Of a stretch of DNA of 64,000 nucleotides, positions 37,095 to 45,906 are shown one piece after another. Below the pieces are notes generated by a model, which saw nothing but the letters and a program-made list of their open reading frames with translations, had not been told where the DNA came from and searched no databases. The position numbers and the translations under genes are program-made. This DNA is from Hadesarchaea archaeon (GTDB lineage: Archaea > Hadarchaeota > Hadarchaeia > Hadarchaeales > Hadarchaeaceae), in NCBI GenBank assembly GCA_030601675.1, contig JAUWBN010000002.1, positions 2,150 to 66,149 of the forward strand. Reading direction: 5' to 3'. The stretch's first letter is position 1. Every line of letters begins with the position of its first letter.

Positions 37095-37730
37095 CTATTT
37101 TAAGACCTTTCCTGTTTTCAAGTACCAAAGGTAAAGATCCAACTCGCCAAGTGTGAGCCCGAGCTTCCGCGCGAGCTCCTCGAGCTTTCGCTCTATCTCC
37201 AGATATCGTCCGCGCGTCAGCGAGCGGGGCACCCCATCGATAGATCCATGTTCGTGCAGCACGCTGAGCACATGCCGGTCCAAAATCGCCACATCATCAA
37301 ATCCCACGTTGCGCAGGAAATGACTCGATTCCTTATAGCCTACGCCCCTCACGTTCTCGGCCAGCCACTCACGAGCCTGTCGCGCATACGTGAATCCCTC
37401 GATGATATTCTTTATGCCGAGAAATCTGCGTGCCTCGACGATGAAGCGTGCCCGGGTGTTCGGGAATCTGTGCCCCGCAGCCTTTAGCCTGTGCCTGAGT
37501 TCCTCGAGCGGGAGCGTCAAAAATCCCTCGCTGCCCAGCTCGCGTTGAATCTTCATCCCCAGCCTCGCGGTCGAGTTCGCCGTCAGGATGCAAAAGCAAA
37601 GCTCCGAGAACCATTCCTCGTTGCCCTCGCGGCCGAGATCCTTGAACTCTCGAATCCTCCGAGCTATGCGTTTGTATACCTCGCCACGCCTCAGCTCATT
37701 TACCTTGCCCGCTAAGTCCGCGCTCACCAA
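37095..37730 (-). CDS. ogg: 8-oxoguanine DNA glycosylase/AP lyase (archaeal Ogg)
   Basis: ELCFCILTAN, HRFPNTRA, GVGYKESSHFLRNVG..VAILDRH, LDLYLWY. Confidence 0.93.
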   Translation of the reverse strand: MVSADLAGKVNELRRGEVYKRIARRIREFKDLGREGNEEWFSELCFCILTANSTARLGMKIQRELGSEGFLTLPLEELRHRLKAAGHRFPNTRARFIVEARRFLGIKNIIEGFTYARQAREWLAENVRGVGYKESSHFLRNVGFDDVAILDRHVLSVLHEHGSIDGVPRSLTRGRYLEIERKLEELARKLGLTLGELDLYLWYLKTGKVLK

Positions 37731-37778
37731 CTTGCCCCAACTTTATGGGGATACAAACTGTTTAATGCGTTACCTAGG

Positions 37779-38594
37779 CTAGGTGATTGCGAGCTTTGTT
37801 TGGACTGGAGCGAGCTGCCATGGACGGGCGTGCTTCACCAACTCACGTGCCACCCTTGAAGGTTGCACCCACTCGAACGCTCGCGCGTCGGCTGGGCTGG
37901 CGTCAAGCACGGAAAACTCTGCCACTTCATCTGGGGCAATGGGGACCGAAACCAAGCCCGACTCCGGGTTGAGGCTCATCGGCGCCAGCAATAGGCCTCG
38001 CCTTGCCCGAAGCTCGGAAAGGAGGCAGGTGTCCGTCCCTCGCTTTATCCTAAGGGGAGAAGAAGCGCCATCAATGTGAATATTCGACCAGCGCTCGACT
38101 AAATAGCTCGCAATATAATTCGTCAGTCTTCCCTGCAGGTCTGTCAGCGCGTCGCCATCCCCCACCCAAGCTTCGTTGGGGATGGCTTCGAGTGATATCA
38201 ACAGGTCAAACCCAAGTCGGCCGGAGTACTTGACCCAAGGCTCGGAAACACCGCCATCGGCCAGCGCCTCAATCACCGAGGCCGTCACCGTCCTAGCGAA
38301 CCTCAGCCCTCCACGCCTCGCCCGCACGGTCCAGACCAAGTCGTGCCCTAGCGGGCGGGAGAAGTCCTGGCCGGGATAACGCCAGTAGGAACAGTAGAAT
38401 GCCGTCGCTCTCGAGGCCAAGGCCCGGTCGAATGCCGCTGCCGAGTCCAAGACGATGGGGTGCTCGCTGAGGTGGCGCTGTATGCCCTTGGTGCGGGCGT
38501 TGTAGAAAGCGCATTCTCGTTCGCCGCTGCCCTTGCTAGCACGCGCGAAATCCATGATCGCTCGTCTCGCGTCCAGGCGCCTGTAGTAGTTCAT
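37779..38594 (-). CDS. archaeo-eukaryotic primase (AEP)-superfamily domain protein with degenerate catalytic motifs
   Basis: GHDLVWTVR, VKYSGRLGFD and APMSLNPESGLVSVPI line up with AEP motifs I, II and III. Confidence 0.6.
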   Translation of the reverse strand: MNYYRRLDARRAIMDFARASKGSGERECAFYNARTKGIQRHLSEHPIVLDSAAAFDRALASRATAFYCSYWRYPGQDFSRPLGHDLVWTVRARRGGLRFARTVTASVIEALADGGVSEPWVKYSGRLGFDLLISLEAIPNEAWVGDGDALTDLQGRLTNYIASYLVERWSNIHIDGASSPLRIKRGTDTCLLSELRARRGLLLAPMSLNPESGLVSVPIAPDEVAEFSVLDASPADARAFEWVQPSRVARELVKHARPWQLAPVQTKLAIT

Positions 38595-38665
38595 CCTTTC
38601 CCCTCAAACGAGCGATTGGGCGGGCTTTTTAAGCGGTTTTTGAGGAGGGGGGACACCGAAAGTAT

Positions 38666-39321
38666 TGATACTATTGTACTAGTAAAATTAGATTGCTCTT
38701 CTCAGTTGGGTCAAGTAGGGCTCAAGCCTGCGCGAGAACTCCTGCCCATCGGTCCAGTCAAGGGCGATGAACTCCTCAGTCATGCGCAGGGCGTGCCGCG
38801 CCCGTTCGGCGAGCTCGGGGGCCAACTTTCCCTGCCTGGCCGCGGTTAGAAGCTCATCGATTTCGGTGGCGAGCCTCACCCGTTCTCGTCCAAGCACAAG
38901 GGGACCAGCGAGCGCCGCCTCCATTGCGCGTGCTCTGAGTTCGGCTGGTAGAATGGCGTCGAAGCTGTGGAGCTCGAGGGGCTGCCACCGGGGATCTGAG
39001 AAGAATGCCTCGAGGCGGGCGGCTGCTGCCTTCGGGACGGCGAAGACGCTTTTCCCAAGCTTGACGTGGGGGATCGTCCCGAGCAGGCCTTGTGCAACGT
39101 GAGTATAGGTCTTGGTGGAGCCATCCTTCAGGTCTCGCTTCGTGGAGCTTGAGTACCCAAAGAGCCTGCGGTAAAAAAGTGTCTTGGGGGTGCCCGTGAA
39201 CTTAATGTCGAAGCTGAAGACCCTCGCAAGAGTCGTTTTTTCTCGCTCCTCCACATGACCTACCCCTTGATTTCCACTGCAACTTTATTTAATATTTTTG
39301 TCTTTTTATGATACTATTGTA
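38666..39321. repeat. 13-bp direct repeat TGATACTATTGTA at 38666..38678 and 39309..39321
   Basis: Exact match read in both intergenic regions. Confidence 0.85.
38688..39254 (-). CDS. hypothetical protein, N-terminal Cas2/VapD-like ferredoxin-fold domain plus helical C-terminal domain
   Basis: VFSFDI..FYRRLFGY..GLL..KLGKSVFAVP; fold call is pattern recall only. Confidence 0.45.
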   Translation of the reverse strand: MEEREKTTLARVFSFDIKFTGTPKTLFYRRLFGYSSSTKRDLKDGSTKTYTHVAQGLLGTIPHVKLGKSVFAVPKAAAARLEAFFSDPRWQPLELHSFDAILPAELRARAMEAALAGPLVLGRERVRLATEIDELLTAARQGKLAPELAERARHALRMTEEFIALDWTDGQEFSRRLEPYLTQLRRAI

Positions 39322-39569
39322 ACATATTGTTATTAGTTAATAGTTTTTCTTAATCAAACTCCCGTTCGCACATAACGCTCCACACACGTAGCCAGCCGCA
39401 AACTAAGTGCCAACTTGCGGATTATCATCTTCCTTTAAGCGGTTTGCCCACGGAGCCGCCGAGAGTGATCGTGATCTCCACGGGAAATCGAGGGCATGGG
39501 GTTTGGCGGGCGGTTAATTGTCAACGAAAGTTTTTAGCCGTTCGACGCGCTTCTTCGAGTGGTGGCAAG

Positions 39570-40568
39570 ATGGAGCGGAGGTTCGACCTCATCACGCGCG
39601 GCACCACCGAGGTCATCACCGAGGCCGAGCTGCGCGAGCTCTTGAAGGGGGAAAAGCTGGCTGCTTATTGCGGTTATGAGCCTTCTGGCAAGATTCACTT
39701 CGGTCACGCGTTGACGGTTCAAAAGCTGGTGGACCTCCAAGCCGCGGGGGCACGGGTCATCGTCCTGCTCGCGGACCTCCACGCCTACCTCAATGACAAG
39801 GGAACCCTCGAGGAGCTCCGACGCGTTGCCGAGTACAACCGGCACTGCTTCATCGCCCTTGGGCTCGACCCCAAACGCACGGAGTTTATGCTAGGGTCCG
39901 ACTTCCAGCTCAAGCCGGAGTTCTCGCTCGACGTGCTCCGCATGGCCGTCGACACCACGCTGCTCCGCGCCCGCCGCAGCATGGCCGAGATAGCCCGCCA
40001 CCTAAAGGATCCGGATGTCGCGCAGGTGCTCTACCCGCTCATGCAGGCGGTCGACATGGCCCACCTAGGCATCGATGTGGCGGTCGGGGGCATCGACCAG
40101 CGGAAGGTTCACATGGTCGCGCGCGAGAAATTACCGGCGCTGGGTTATCGGAAGCCCGTCTGCGTGCACGTGCCCTTGCTCCACGGGCTTGACGGCGCCG
40201 CCAAGATGTCCTCGTCGAAGGGCAACTTCATCGCTGTCGACGACGAACCGGCAACGATTGAGGAAAAGGTGAAAAAGGCGTTCTGTCCGCCAAAGATCGT
40301 CAAAGATAACCCGATCATCGAGTACGCCGAGCATGTCGTCTTGCCAGCACTCGGCAGGTTTAGGGTTTCAAGAAAGACGGAGCATGGGGGCCCGCTTGAG
40401 ATAGAGGGCGCGGCCGAGCTCCGGAAGTTGTATGCAGCGGGCAAGCTACACCCCACGGACTTGAAGGCGGCGGTCGGGTCGGCGCTGGTTCAGGTGCTTG
40501 AGCCCGTCAGACGATATTTCGAGGAGCACCCGGACGCAAAGCTCGCGCGCCCCTCCGAGGTTCTTTAG
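39570..40568 (+). CDS. tyrS: tyrosine--tRNA ligase (archaeal)
   Basis: YCGYEPSGKIHFGH, YPLMQAVD, GGIDQRKVHM, KMSSSKGN; start moved to ATG 39570. Confidence 0.96.
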   Translation: MERRFDLITRGTTEVITEAELRELLKGEKLAAYCGYEPSGKIHFGHALTVQKLVDLQAAGARVIVLLADLHAYLNDKGTLEELRRVAEYNRHCFIALGLDPKRTEFMLGSDFQLKPEFSLDVLRMAVDTTLLRARRSMAEIARHLKDPDVAQVLYPLMQAVDMAHLGIDVAVGGIDQRKVHMVAREKLPALGYRKPVCVHVPLLHGLDGAAKMSSSKGNFIAVDDEPATIEEKVKKAFCPPKIVKDNPIIEYAEHVVLPALGRFRVSRKTEHGGPLEIEGAAELRKLYAAGKLHPTDLKAAVGSALVQVLEPVRRYFEEHPDAKLARPSEVL

Positions 40569-40578
40569 ATCACTTGAC

Positions 40579-40598
40579 TTGTTGTAAATATAACAATT
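40579..40598. promoter_or_regulatory. palindromic operator-like site upstream of dnaG
   Basis: TTGTTGTA-AATA-TACAACAA preceded by TTGAC. Confidence 0.5.
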
Positions 40599-40770
40599 AA
40601 ACTACTACCGCAGCCTTTTTAGGCGAGGGCGCGAAAACTAAAATTGATCATCAAATCAAGCCAGAATCACCATCAGGCTCATTCTGGCTTTCGAGGGCGT
40701 GGTGCCCTTGGAAGGAAAAAAACTGCAAGAACTAGTAGCCGAGCGAATCGGCAAAAAGGAGGTTTCTTCT

Positions 40771-41940
40771 ATGCGAGAGGATATTGGTACGACCAAGTAT
40801 CTCATCCACGCCAAAATAGAGACGAGCGGCGTGGCGGAGCGCCCCGATGTCGTGGGCGCAATTTTTGGGCAAACCGAGGGTCTGCTGGGGGATGAGCTGG
40901 ACCTGCGCGAGCTGCTCAAGACAGGCAGGATGGGGCGCATCAAGGTGAACATCAGCTCAACCCAGGGAAAATCGTCGGGCACGATAACGATACCCTCGAG
41001 CCTCGATCGGGTCGAAACGTCAATCATCGCCGCCGCACTTGAAACCATCGACCGCGTGGGGCCCTGTGAGGCGACAATCAAGGTCGAGCGAATCGAGGAC
41101 GTGCGCGACGCCAAGCGGAAGTTCATCGTGGGGCGCGCCAAGGAGATCCTTGAGCTCGTCGGGGAGGCCGCCCCCGAGACCCAAGAGATAGCTAAGCAGG
41201 TCAAGGAGTCCGTGCGCCTCGAGGAGATCGCCGAGTACGAGGACTTACCCGCCGGCCCAGGGGTGCGGGATTCCGATGCAGTAATAATCGTCGAGGGGCG
41301 CGCTGATGTACTGAGCTTACTTCGCGCGGGCATCCGAAATGTCATCGCCATCGAGGGAACGAGCGTGCCCAAGGCGGTAATCGACCTGAGCAAGGACAAG
41401 ACGGTGACCGCTTTCCTCGACAGCGATCGGGGCGGGGACCTAATCCTGAAGGAGCTACTGCAAGTTGCCGACATCGACTTCGTCACAAGGCCGCCCCAGA
41501 ACCGCAGCGTGGAGGACCTCACGCGAAAGGAAGTAATCAAGGCGCTGCGGAACAAGGTGTCAATCGAGCACGCACTGGCCGAGCTCCGAGGAAAGCCCGC
41601 GCCAGAGGCTGCGCCCGCCGCCGAAGGGGAAGGCCTGGAGCTCCGGGAACTAGAGGGCGTCATCGGCAAGCTGCGCGGCACCCTGAGGGCACAGCTACTC
41701 GACGAAAAATTCAAACAAATTGAGGAGGTCCAAGTGAGGGAGCTGAAGGAACGGCTGCCCAAGACCCTGAACGTTAAAGCCGTGGTGTTCGATGGAGTCG
41801 TGACTCAAGAACTCGCTGACATGGCAGCCGAGCGCGGCGTGCAATACATCGTCGGAATGCGCTCGCGCGTTGAAGCGGCGCCTCCAAACGTGCGCGTGCT
41901 GACCGTGGATGATCTCCGAAAGTTGAGGTACCGAGGGTAG
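40771..41940 (+). CDS. dnaG: archaeal DnaG (primase-like, exosome-associated)
   Basis: DVVGAIFGQTEGLLG, IIVEGRADV, FLDSDRGG; GGAGG before ATG 40771. Confidence 0.95.
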   Translation: MREDIGTTKYLIHAKIETSGVAERPDVVGAIFGQTEGLLGDELDLRELLKTGRMGRIKVNISSTQGKSSGTITIPSSLDRVETSIIAAALETIDRVGPCEATIKVERIEDVRDAKRKFIVGRAKEILELVGEAAPETQEIAKQVKESVRLEEIAEYEDLPAGPGVRDSDAVIIVEGRADVLSLLRAGIRNVIAIEGTSVPKAVIDLSKDKTVTAFLDSDRGGDLILKELLQVADIDFVTRPPQNRSVEDLTRKEVIKALRNKVSIEHALAELRGKPAPEAAPAAEGEGLELRELEGVIGKLRGTLRAQLLDEKFKQIEEVQVRELKERLPKTLNVKAVVFDGVVTQELADMAAERGVQYIVGMRSRVEAAPPNVRVLTVDDLRKLRYRG

Positions 41941-42399
41941 CTAGACCTCAAGCTTGTAGTCCATCGTCACGGCCGCCTCGCCGTCCTCGTAATAGTAGGG
42001 GATCTCCTCCCGCTCCCGAAAACCGAGCTTAAGATAGAACTGCTGCGCCTCTGCATTGCTCTTTCGCACCTCTAGCCGCACGAGCTTCGCCCCATTCGCG
42101 CGGAGGCGACTGATGATGTGCTCCATGAGGGCCGAGCCTATGTTCCGCCTCTGGTAGGGCGGGTCGGTGGCAACGGCTAAAATGTGACCGGTCGCTCCCC
42201 ATCGGATCACCCCGATTACGTAGCCCAGGATCTTGCCGTCAGCCTCCGCGACGAGAAAACCATCGGGGTGCGTAGCGTACAGATGGTTGAGCAGGCTCAG
42301 CGGGTATGGGTCCTTAAAGCACTTGTACTCTATGCTCAGGATTGCCTGCATATCTTTCGACCTTACATCCCTTATCCTCACGAGCTGCTGGGCTACCAC
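41941..42399 (-). CDS. rimI: RimI/Ard1-like GNAT N-acetyltransferase
   Basis: GHILAVATDPPYQRRNIGSALM, LEVRKSN..AQ.FY, YYEDGEAA. Confidence 0.85.
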   Translation of the reverse strand: MVAQQLVRIRDVRSKDMQAILSIEYKCFKDPYPLSLLNHLYATHPDGFLVAEADGKILGYVIGVIRWGATGHILAVATDPPYQRRNIGSALMEHIISRLRANGAKLVRLEVRKSNAEAQQFYLKLGFREREEIPYYYEDGEAAVTMDYKLEV

Positions 42400-42558
42400 G
42401 TGGATGCCTCAACTATGTTTTAAGCGACCACGGATAAAATCATTTGGAGATGGGATGGTTACGCCTAAAAAAAGGGGGACGAGATTTGAGTATTATGTTG
42501 CTCATCCCCACTAACGGCAGACCACTCAAAGAACTCCTCGAGGTCTAGGGGAAGAAAA

Positions 42559-43266
42559 ATGGGCTTACTCGGTCGAATCCGCGATGCTCTGAGACCTGGG
42601 CCGCCGAAGCCCCCACCGAGGTTCGAACCCTTCGAGGCCGTGGAGGAACGCCGGGGCGCTTACGCCGACTTCGAGCGAGCGCTCCATAAGTACGGCCTCA
42701 TCATGCTGATCGTCGGGAAGCGCGGCTCGGGCAAGACGGCGCTGGGGATGCAATTTCTCGCGTGGTACAACCATTCGACCAGCAGGCGATGCTACGGCAT
42801 AGGTTATGATGCCGCAAAGCTGCCGCGGTGGATCCACAAGGCAAAAGGAATCGAAGAAATCCCAAATGACTCCGTCGTGCTCGCCGATGAGGCTGCGATC
42901 CTCTTCTTCTCGCGGGAGGCGATGACCTCGATGAACAAAATGCTCACCAAACTCATGACCGTCGCGCGCCACAAGAACCTCAGCATGGTGCTGATAACGC
43001 AGTCCTCGGCTCTTATCGAACTGAACGTGCTTCGCTTGGCAGACGTGCTCCTGCTCAAAGAGCCATCGCTGCTTCAGGCGAGATTTGAACGAAAGGCCTT
43101 GCAAGACATCTTCAACGCTGTCGACAAAACGTTTAAAAAGCTAAGCGAGCGGGTGAACCACTTTTATGTCTACTCCGATGAGTTCGAAGGGCTTGTACGC
43201 TATGGCCTGCCCAACTTCTGGAACGAGAGCATAAGCCGCGCCTTCCGAGAATTCCGCGGCCGGTGA
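42559..43266 (+). CDS. P-loop ATPase, Zot/A32-like (FtsK-HerA superfamily)
   Basis: Walker A GKRGSGKT, Walker B VVLADE, ARH, ITQ. Confidence 0.6.
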   Translation: MGLLGRIRDALRPGPPKPPPRFEPFEAVEERRGAYADFERALHKYGLIMLIVGKRGSGKTALGMQFLAWYNHSTSRRCYGIGYDAAKLPRWIHKAKGIEEIPNDSVVLADEAAILFFSREAMTSMNKMLTKLMTVARHKNLSMVLITQSSALIELNVLRLADVLLLKEPSLLQARFERKALQDIFNAVDKTFKKLSERVNHFYVYSDEFEGLVRYGLPNFWNESISRAFREFRGR

Positions 43267-43378
43267 CGGATTCACCACTAATTATTTTTTCTTGTGTGAA
43301 CGGCAAAAATATTTTTCGGGACTCAAACAAGAATCTATTTATGCGATTTCCTTCAAGAAAACTCGAAGAGGTGAACCG

Positions 43379-43672
43379 ATGTCAGTTCCGCCTGAGTTCG
43401 CTTGGCTTGTCCCGGTTGTCGTGCCTTTTATTATAGGTTTACTGGTAGGCGCCGTGATCAAACGTGCTATGAAGCTGATGGTGATTATCGCCGCTCTCGT
43501 TATCGTCCTCGTCGCTACTGGGGTCCTGAGCCTGACTTTTCGGGATATCTACGACAAGGCGATGGAGTTCCTGCCGAGATTAATTGATCTGGGCGGAGGG
43601 GTGAAGGATGTTCTACCGTACTCATCGGCGGCGTTCTTGGTTGGCCTTGCCCTGGGGCTGTGGCGAGGATAG
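43379..43672 (+). CDS. small membrane protein, FUN14-like
   Basis: GLLVGAVIKRAMKL, three hydrophobic segments, GAGGTGA SD. Confidence 0.6.
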   Translation: MSVPPEFAWLVPVVVPFIIGLLVGAVIKRAMKLMVIIAALVIVLVATGVLSLTFRDIYDKAMEFLPRLIDLGGGVKDVLPYSSAAFLVGLALGLWRG

Positions 43673-43705
43673 GCTAAAGTTCATTACGGCGATAAAATTA
43701 GTTCG

Positions 43706-44482
43706 ATGGCTACAACTCCAATTCGCGGCACCCCGGCACTTACGATTAAATCAGCTAGAGAACGCGCGCTCATCGTCGCCGACTTGCACTTGGGCATCGA
43801 AGGGGAACTCGCGAGCAAGGGCGTCTCGCTACCCAGCCAAATTCCAAAGGTCAAGGGACGGCTCTTAGAGCTCATCAAGAAGCGCAGGCCCGACCGCCTG
43901 ATCTTCTTGGGCGACGTCAAGCACAACGTTCCCATCGCCAGCTGGCAGGAGTGGCGCGAACTCCCCGGCTTCTTCGAGGAGCTGGCGCAACTGGTTCGTG
44001 TCGAGGTCATCCGCGGGAATCATGATGGTGGGCTGGAGGGCATGATACCGCGAGCGGTAAAAATTCACGGCGCACGGGGCATCGTGCTTGGCAAACGTCG
44101 TCGCGTAGGGCTGATGCACGGGCACACTTGGCCTTCCCCCGAAGTGCTCAACACAAAACTACTCATAACGGCGCATAATCACCCGGCGGTCGAGTTCCAT
44201 GATGAACTCGGTGGGCGAATAGTCGAACCCATCTGGCTCCGGGCTAAGCTTGATGCATCGAGGTTCCCAAAAAAGCTTCAAAAGCAGATCGATCACAAAT
44301 TACCGGAGCTGCTCGTGATGCCAGCGTTCAGCGAGCTCGTGGGGGGTGCTGCGGTTAATCGGAGGATACCCAAAGAATTGATTGGACCGATGTTCAAGGC
44401 CGGTGCCGTAAAATTAGATGAAGCCGAGGCCTACCTGTTGGATGGCACTTTTTTGGGTCGGGTACGTGATTTGAGAAAGTAA
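43706..44482 (+). CDS. ICC-like metallophosphoesterase
   Basis: ADLHLG, LGDVKH, RGNHDG, HGH, AHNHP, MPAF. Confidence 0.88.
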   Translation: MATTPIRGTPALTIKSARERALIVADLHLGIEGELASKGVSLPSQIPKVKGRLLELIKKRRPDRLIFLGDVKHNVPIASWQEWRELPGFFEELAQLVRVEVIRGNHDGGLEGMIPRAVKIHGARGIVLGKRRRVGLMHGHTWPSPEVLNTKLLITAHNHPAVEFHDELGGRIVEPIWLRAKLDASRFPKKLQKQIDHKLPELLVMPAFSELVGGAAVNRRIPKELIGPMFKAGAVKLDEAEAYLLDGTFLGRVRDLRK

Positions 44483-44549
44483 AACGGTGCCTCCTCTAAA
44501 GGCTTTTATACGGGCGCAACGTTAGACTTCGAGGGATTTCACGATAGAT

Positions 44550-45905
44550 GTGCTCATCATCGGAGCCGGTCCCGCCGGGCTTTTTGCAGCACACGAGCTA
44601 TCAAAAAATTCGAAGCTCTCCGTGACCGTCGTCGACTGGGGGCGGGAGATAGAGAAGCGCACCTGCCCGGCCGTCGAGACTGGAAAGTGCATAGGGTGCA
44701 AGCCCTGTCACATCATGTGCGGTTTGGGGGGCGCGGGGGGCTGGTCGAGCGGCATCCTGAACCTCCGCCACGACATCGGGGGCGACCTCAGCAAGCTGAC
44801 TAAAAGCGTCCCGAAGGCCGAAAAACTCGTCAAGGAAGTAGATGACATTTTCGTCGAGCACGGTGCCCCGAAGGAGGTCCACGGCACGGGGTCGAAGGAA
44901 ATAGAGCAGCTCACGAGACGCGCGGCTGCGGCTGGCGTGAAGTTCATCCCCATCCCCCAGCGCCACATAGGGAGTGAATACCTACCTGATCTTATCAATT
45001 CGTTCAAACGAAAACTTGAAAAACAAGGTGTGAAGTTCATGTTCAACTCCAAGGTTGAGCAGATCGGAAAAAGTGAGGTCATCATCAAGGGGAAGCGAAT
45101 TCGTGCAAAGTACATTCTTGCGGCTCCGGGGAGGGTTGGCGCTGACTGGTTTGCGGAACAGGCCCAAATCCTTAGTGTAAAATTAACTCACGGTCCAATC
45201 GACATCGGGGTGCGGGTAGAAGTGCCAGCCGCCGTCTATGAGCCAGTCGTCAAAGTGAACCGCGATCCAAAATTTCATATCCGCACTAAGACCTTCGACG
45301 ACTTCGTGCGAACCTTCTGCACTAATCATCAAGGATTTGTCATGGAGGAGCGCTACGACGACCACGTGGGTGTCAATGGGCAATCACTGCGGGCAAAAAA
45401 ATCGCAAAACACCAACTTCGCTTTTCTCGTCCACATCGAACTTACAGAGCCAGTCACCGATACCACAGCTTACGGGCAATCAATCGCTTACCTAGCGACG
45501 ACCATAGGGGGTGGGCGCCCACTACTCCAACGCTTGGGCGATCTCCGCTCCGGGAGGCGGTCTACTTGGGAACGGATCAAACGAGGACATATGGTGCCAA
45601 CCCTGCGAAGCGTGACCCCTGGCGATATCTCTATGGCTATGCCCGGGAGGGTCGTGACGGACATCACCGAGGGGCTCGAACACTTGGACGAAGTTGCCCC
45701 GGGCGTCGCTGAGGACTCAACGCTGCTTTACGCACCCGAAGTTAAACTGTACGCAATGCAAATCCACATCGACGAAAACATGGAGACAAATGTACCAAAT
45801 CTATTCGTCGCCGGGGATGGGGCGGGGCTCTCACGGGGCATCGTCGCCGCTGCCGCAACAGGTCTGCTTGCCGCGAGGGGAATAATCGCCAAGACCAAGG
45901 CTTAA
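44550..45905 (+). CDS. NAD(P)/FAD-dependent oxidoreductase with Cys cluster insert
   Basis: GAGPAG, CP..CIGCKPCHIMCG.GGAG, VRTFCTN, AGDGAG.SRGI. Confidence 0.85.
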   Translation: MLIIGAGPAGLFAAHELSKNSKLSVTVVDWGREIEKRTCPAVETGKCIGCKPCHIMCGLGGAGGWSSGILNLRHDIGGDLSKLTKSVPKAEKLVKEVDDIFVEHGAPKEVHGTGSKEIEQLTRRAAAAGVKFIPIPQRHIGSEYLPDLINSFKRKLEKQGVKFMFNSKVEQIGKSEVIIKGKRIRAKYILAAPGRVGADWFAEQAQILSVKLTHGPIDIGVRVEVPAAVYEPVVKVNRDPKFHIRTKTFDDFVRTFCTNHQGFVMEERYDDHVGVNGQSLRAKKSQNTNFAFLVHIELTEPVTDTTAYGQSIAYLATTIGGGRPLLQRLGDLRSGRRSTWERIKRGHMVPTLRSVTPGDISMAMPGRVVTDITEGLEHLDEVAPGVAEDSTLLYAPEVKLYAMQIHIDENMETNVPNLFVAGDGAGLSRGIVAAAATGLLAARGIIAKTKA

Positions 45906-45906
45906 A

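Noticed and set aside
29166-38665. CACCGAAAGTATT shared by the origin region (29166) and the AEP intergenic region (38653)
   Set aside because: Resembles a generic BRE/TATA-type sequence; no other shared context
39396-39420. CCGCAA...TTGCGG hairpin upstream of tyrS
   Set aside because: Only 6 bp; expected by chance
40656-41762. 368-aa antisense ORF
   Set aside because: Shadow of dnaG; Ser/Arg-rich, no motifs
42450-42548. 32-aa ORF upstream of the Zot-like ATPase
   Set aside because: Overlaps the probable promoter region; no motif or compositional support
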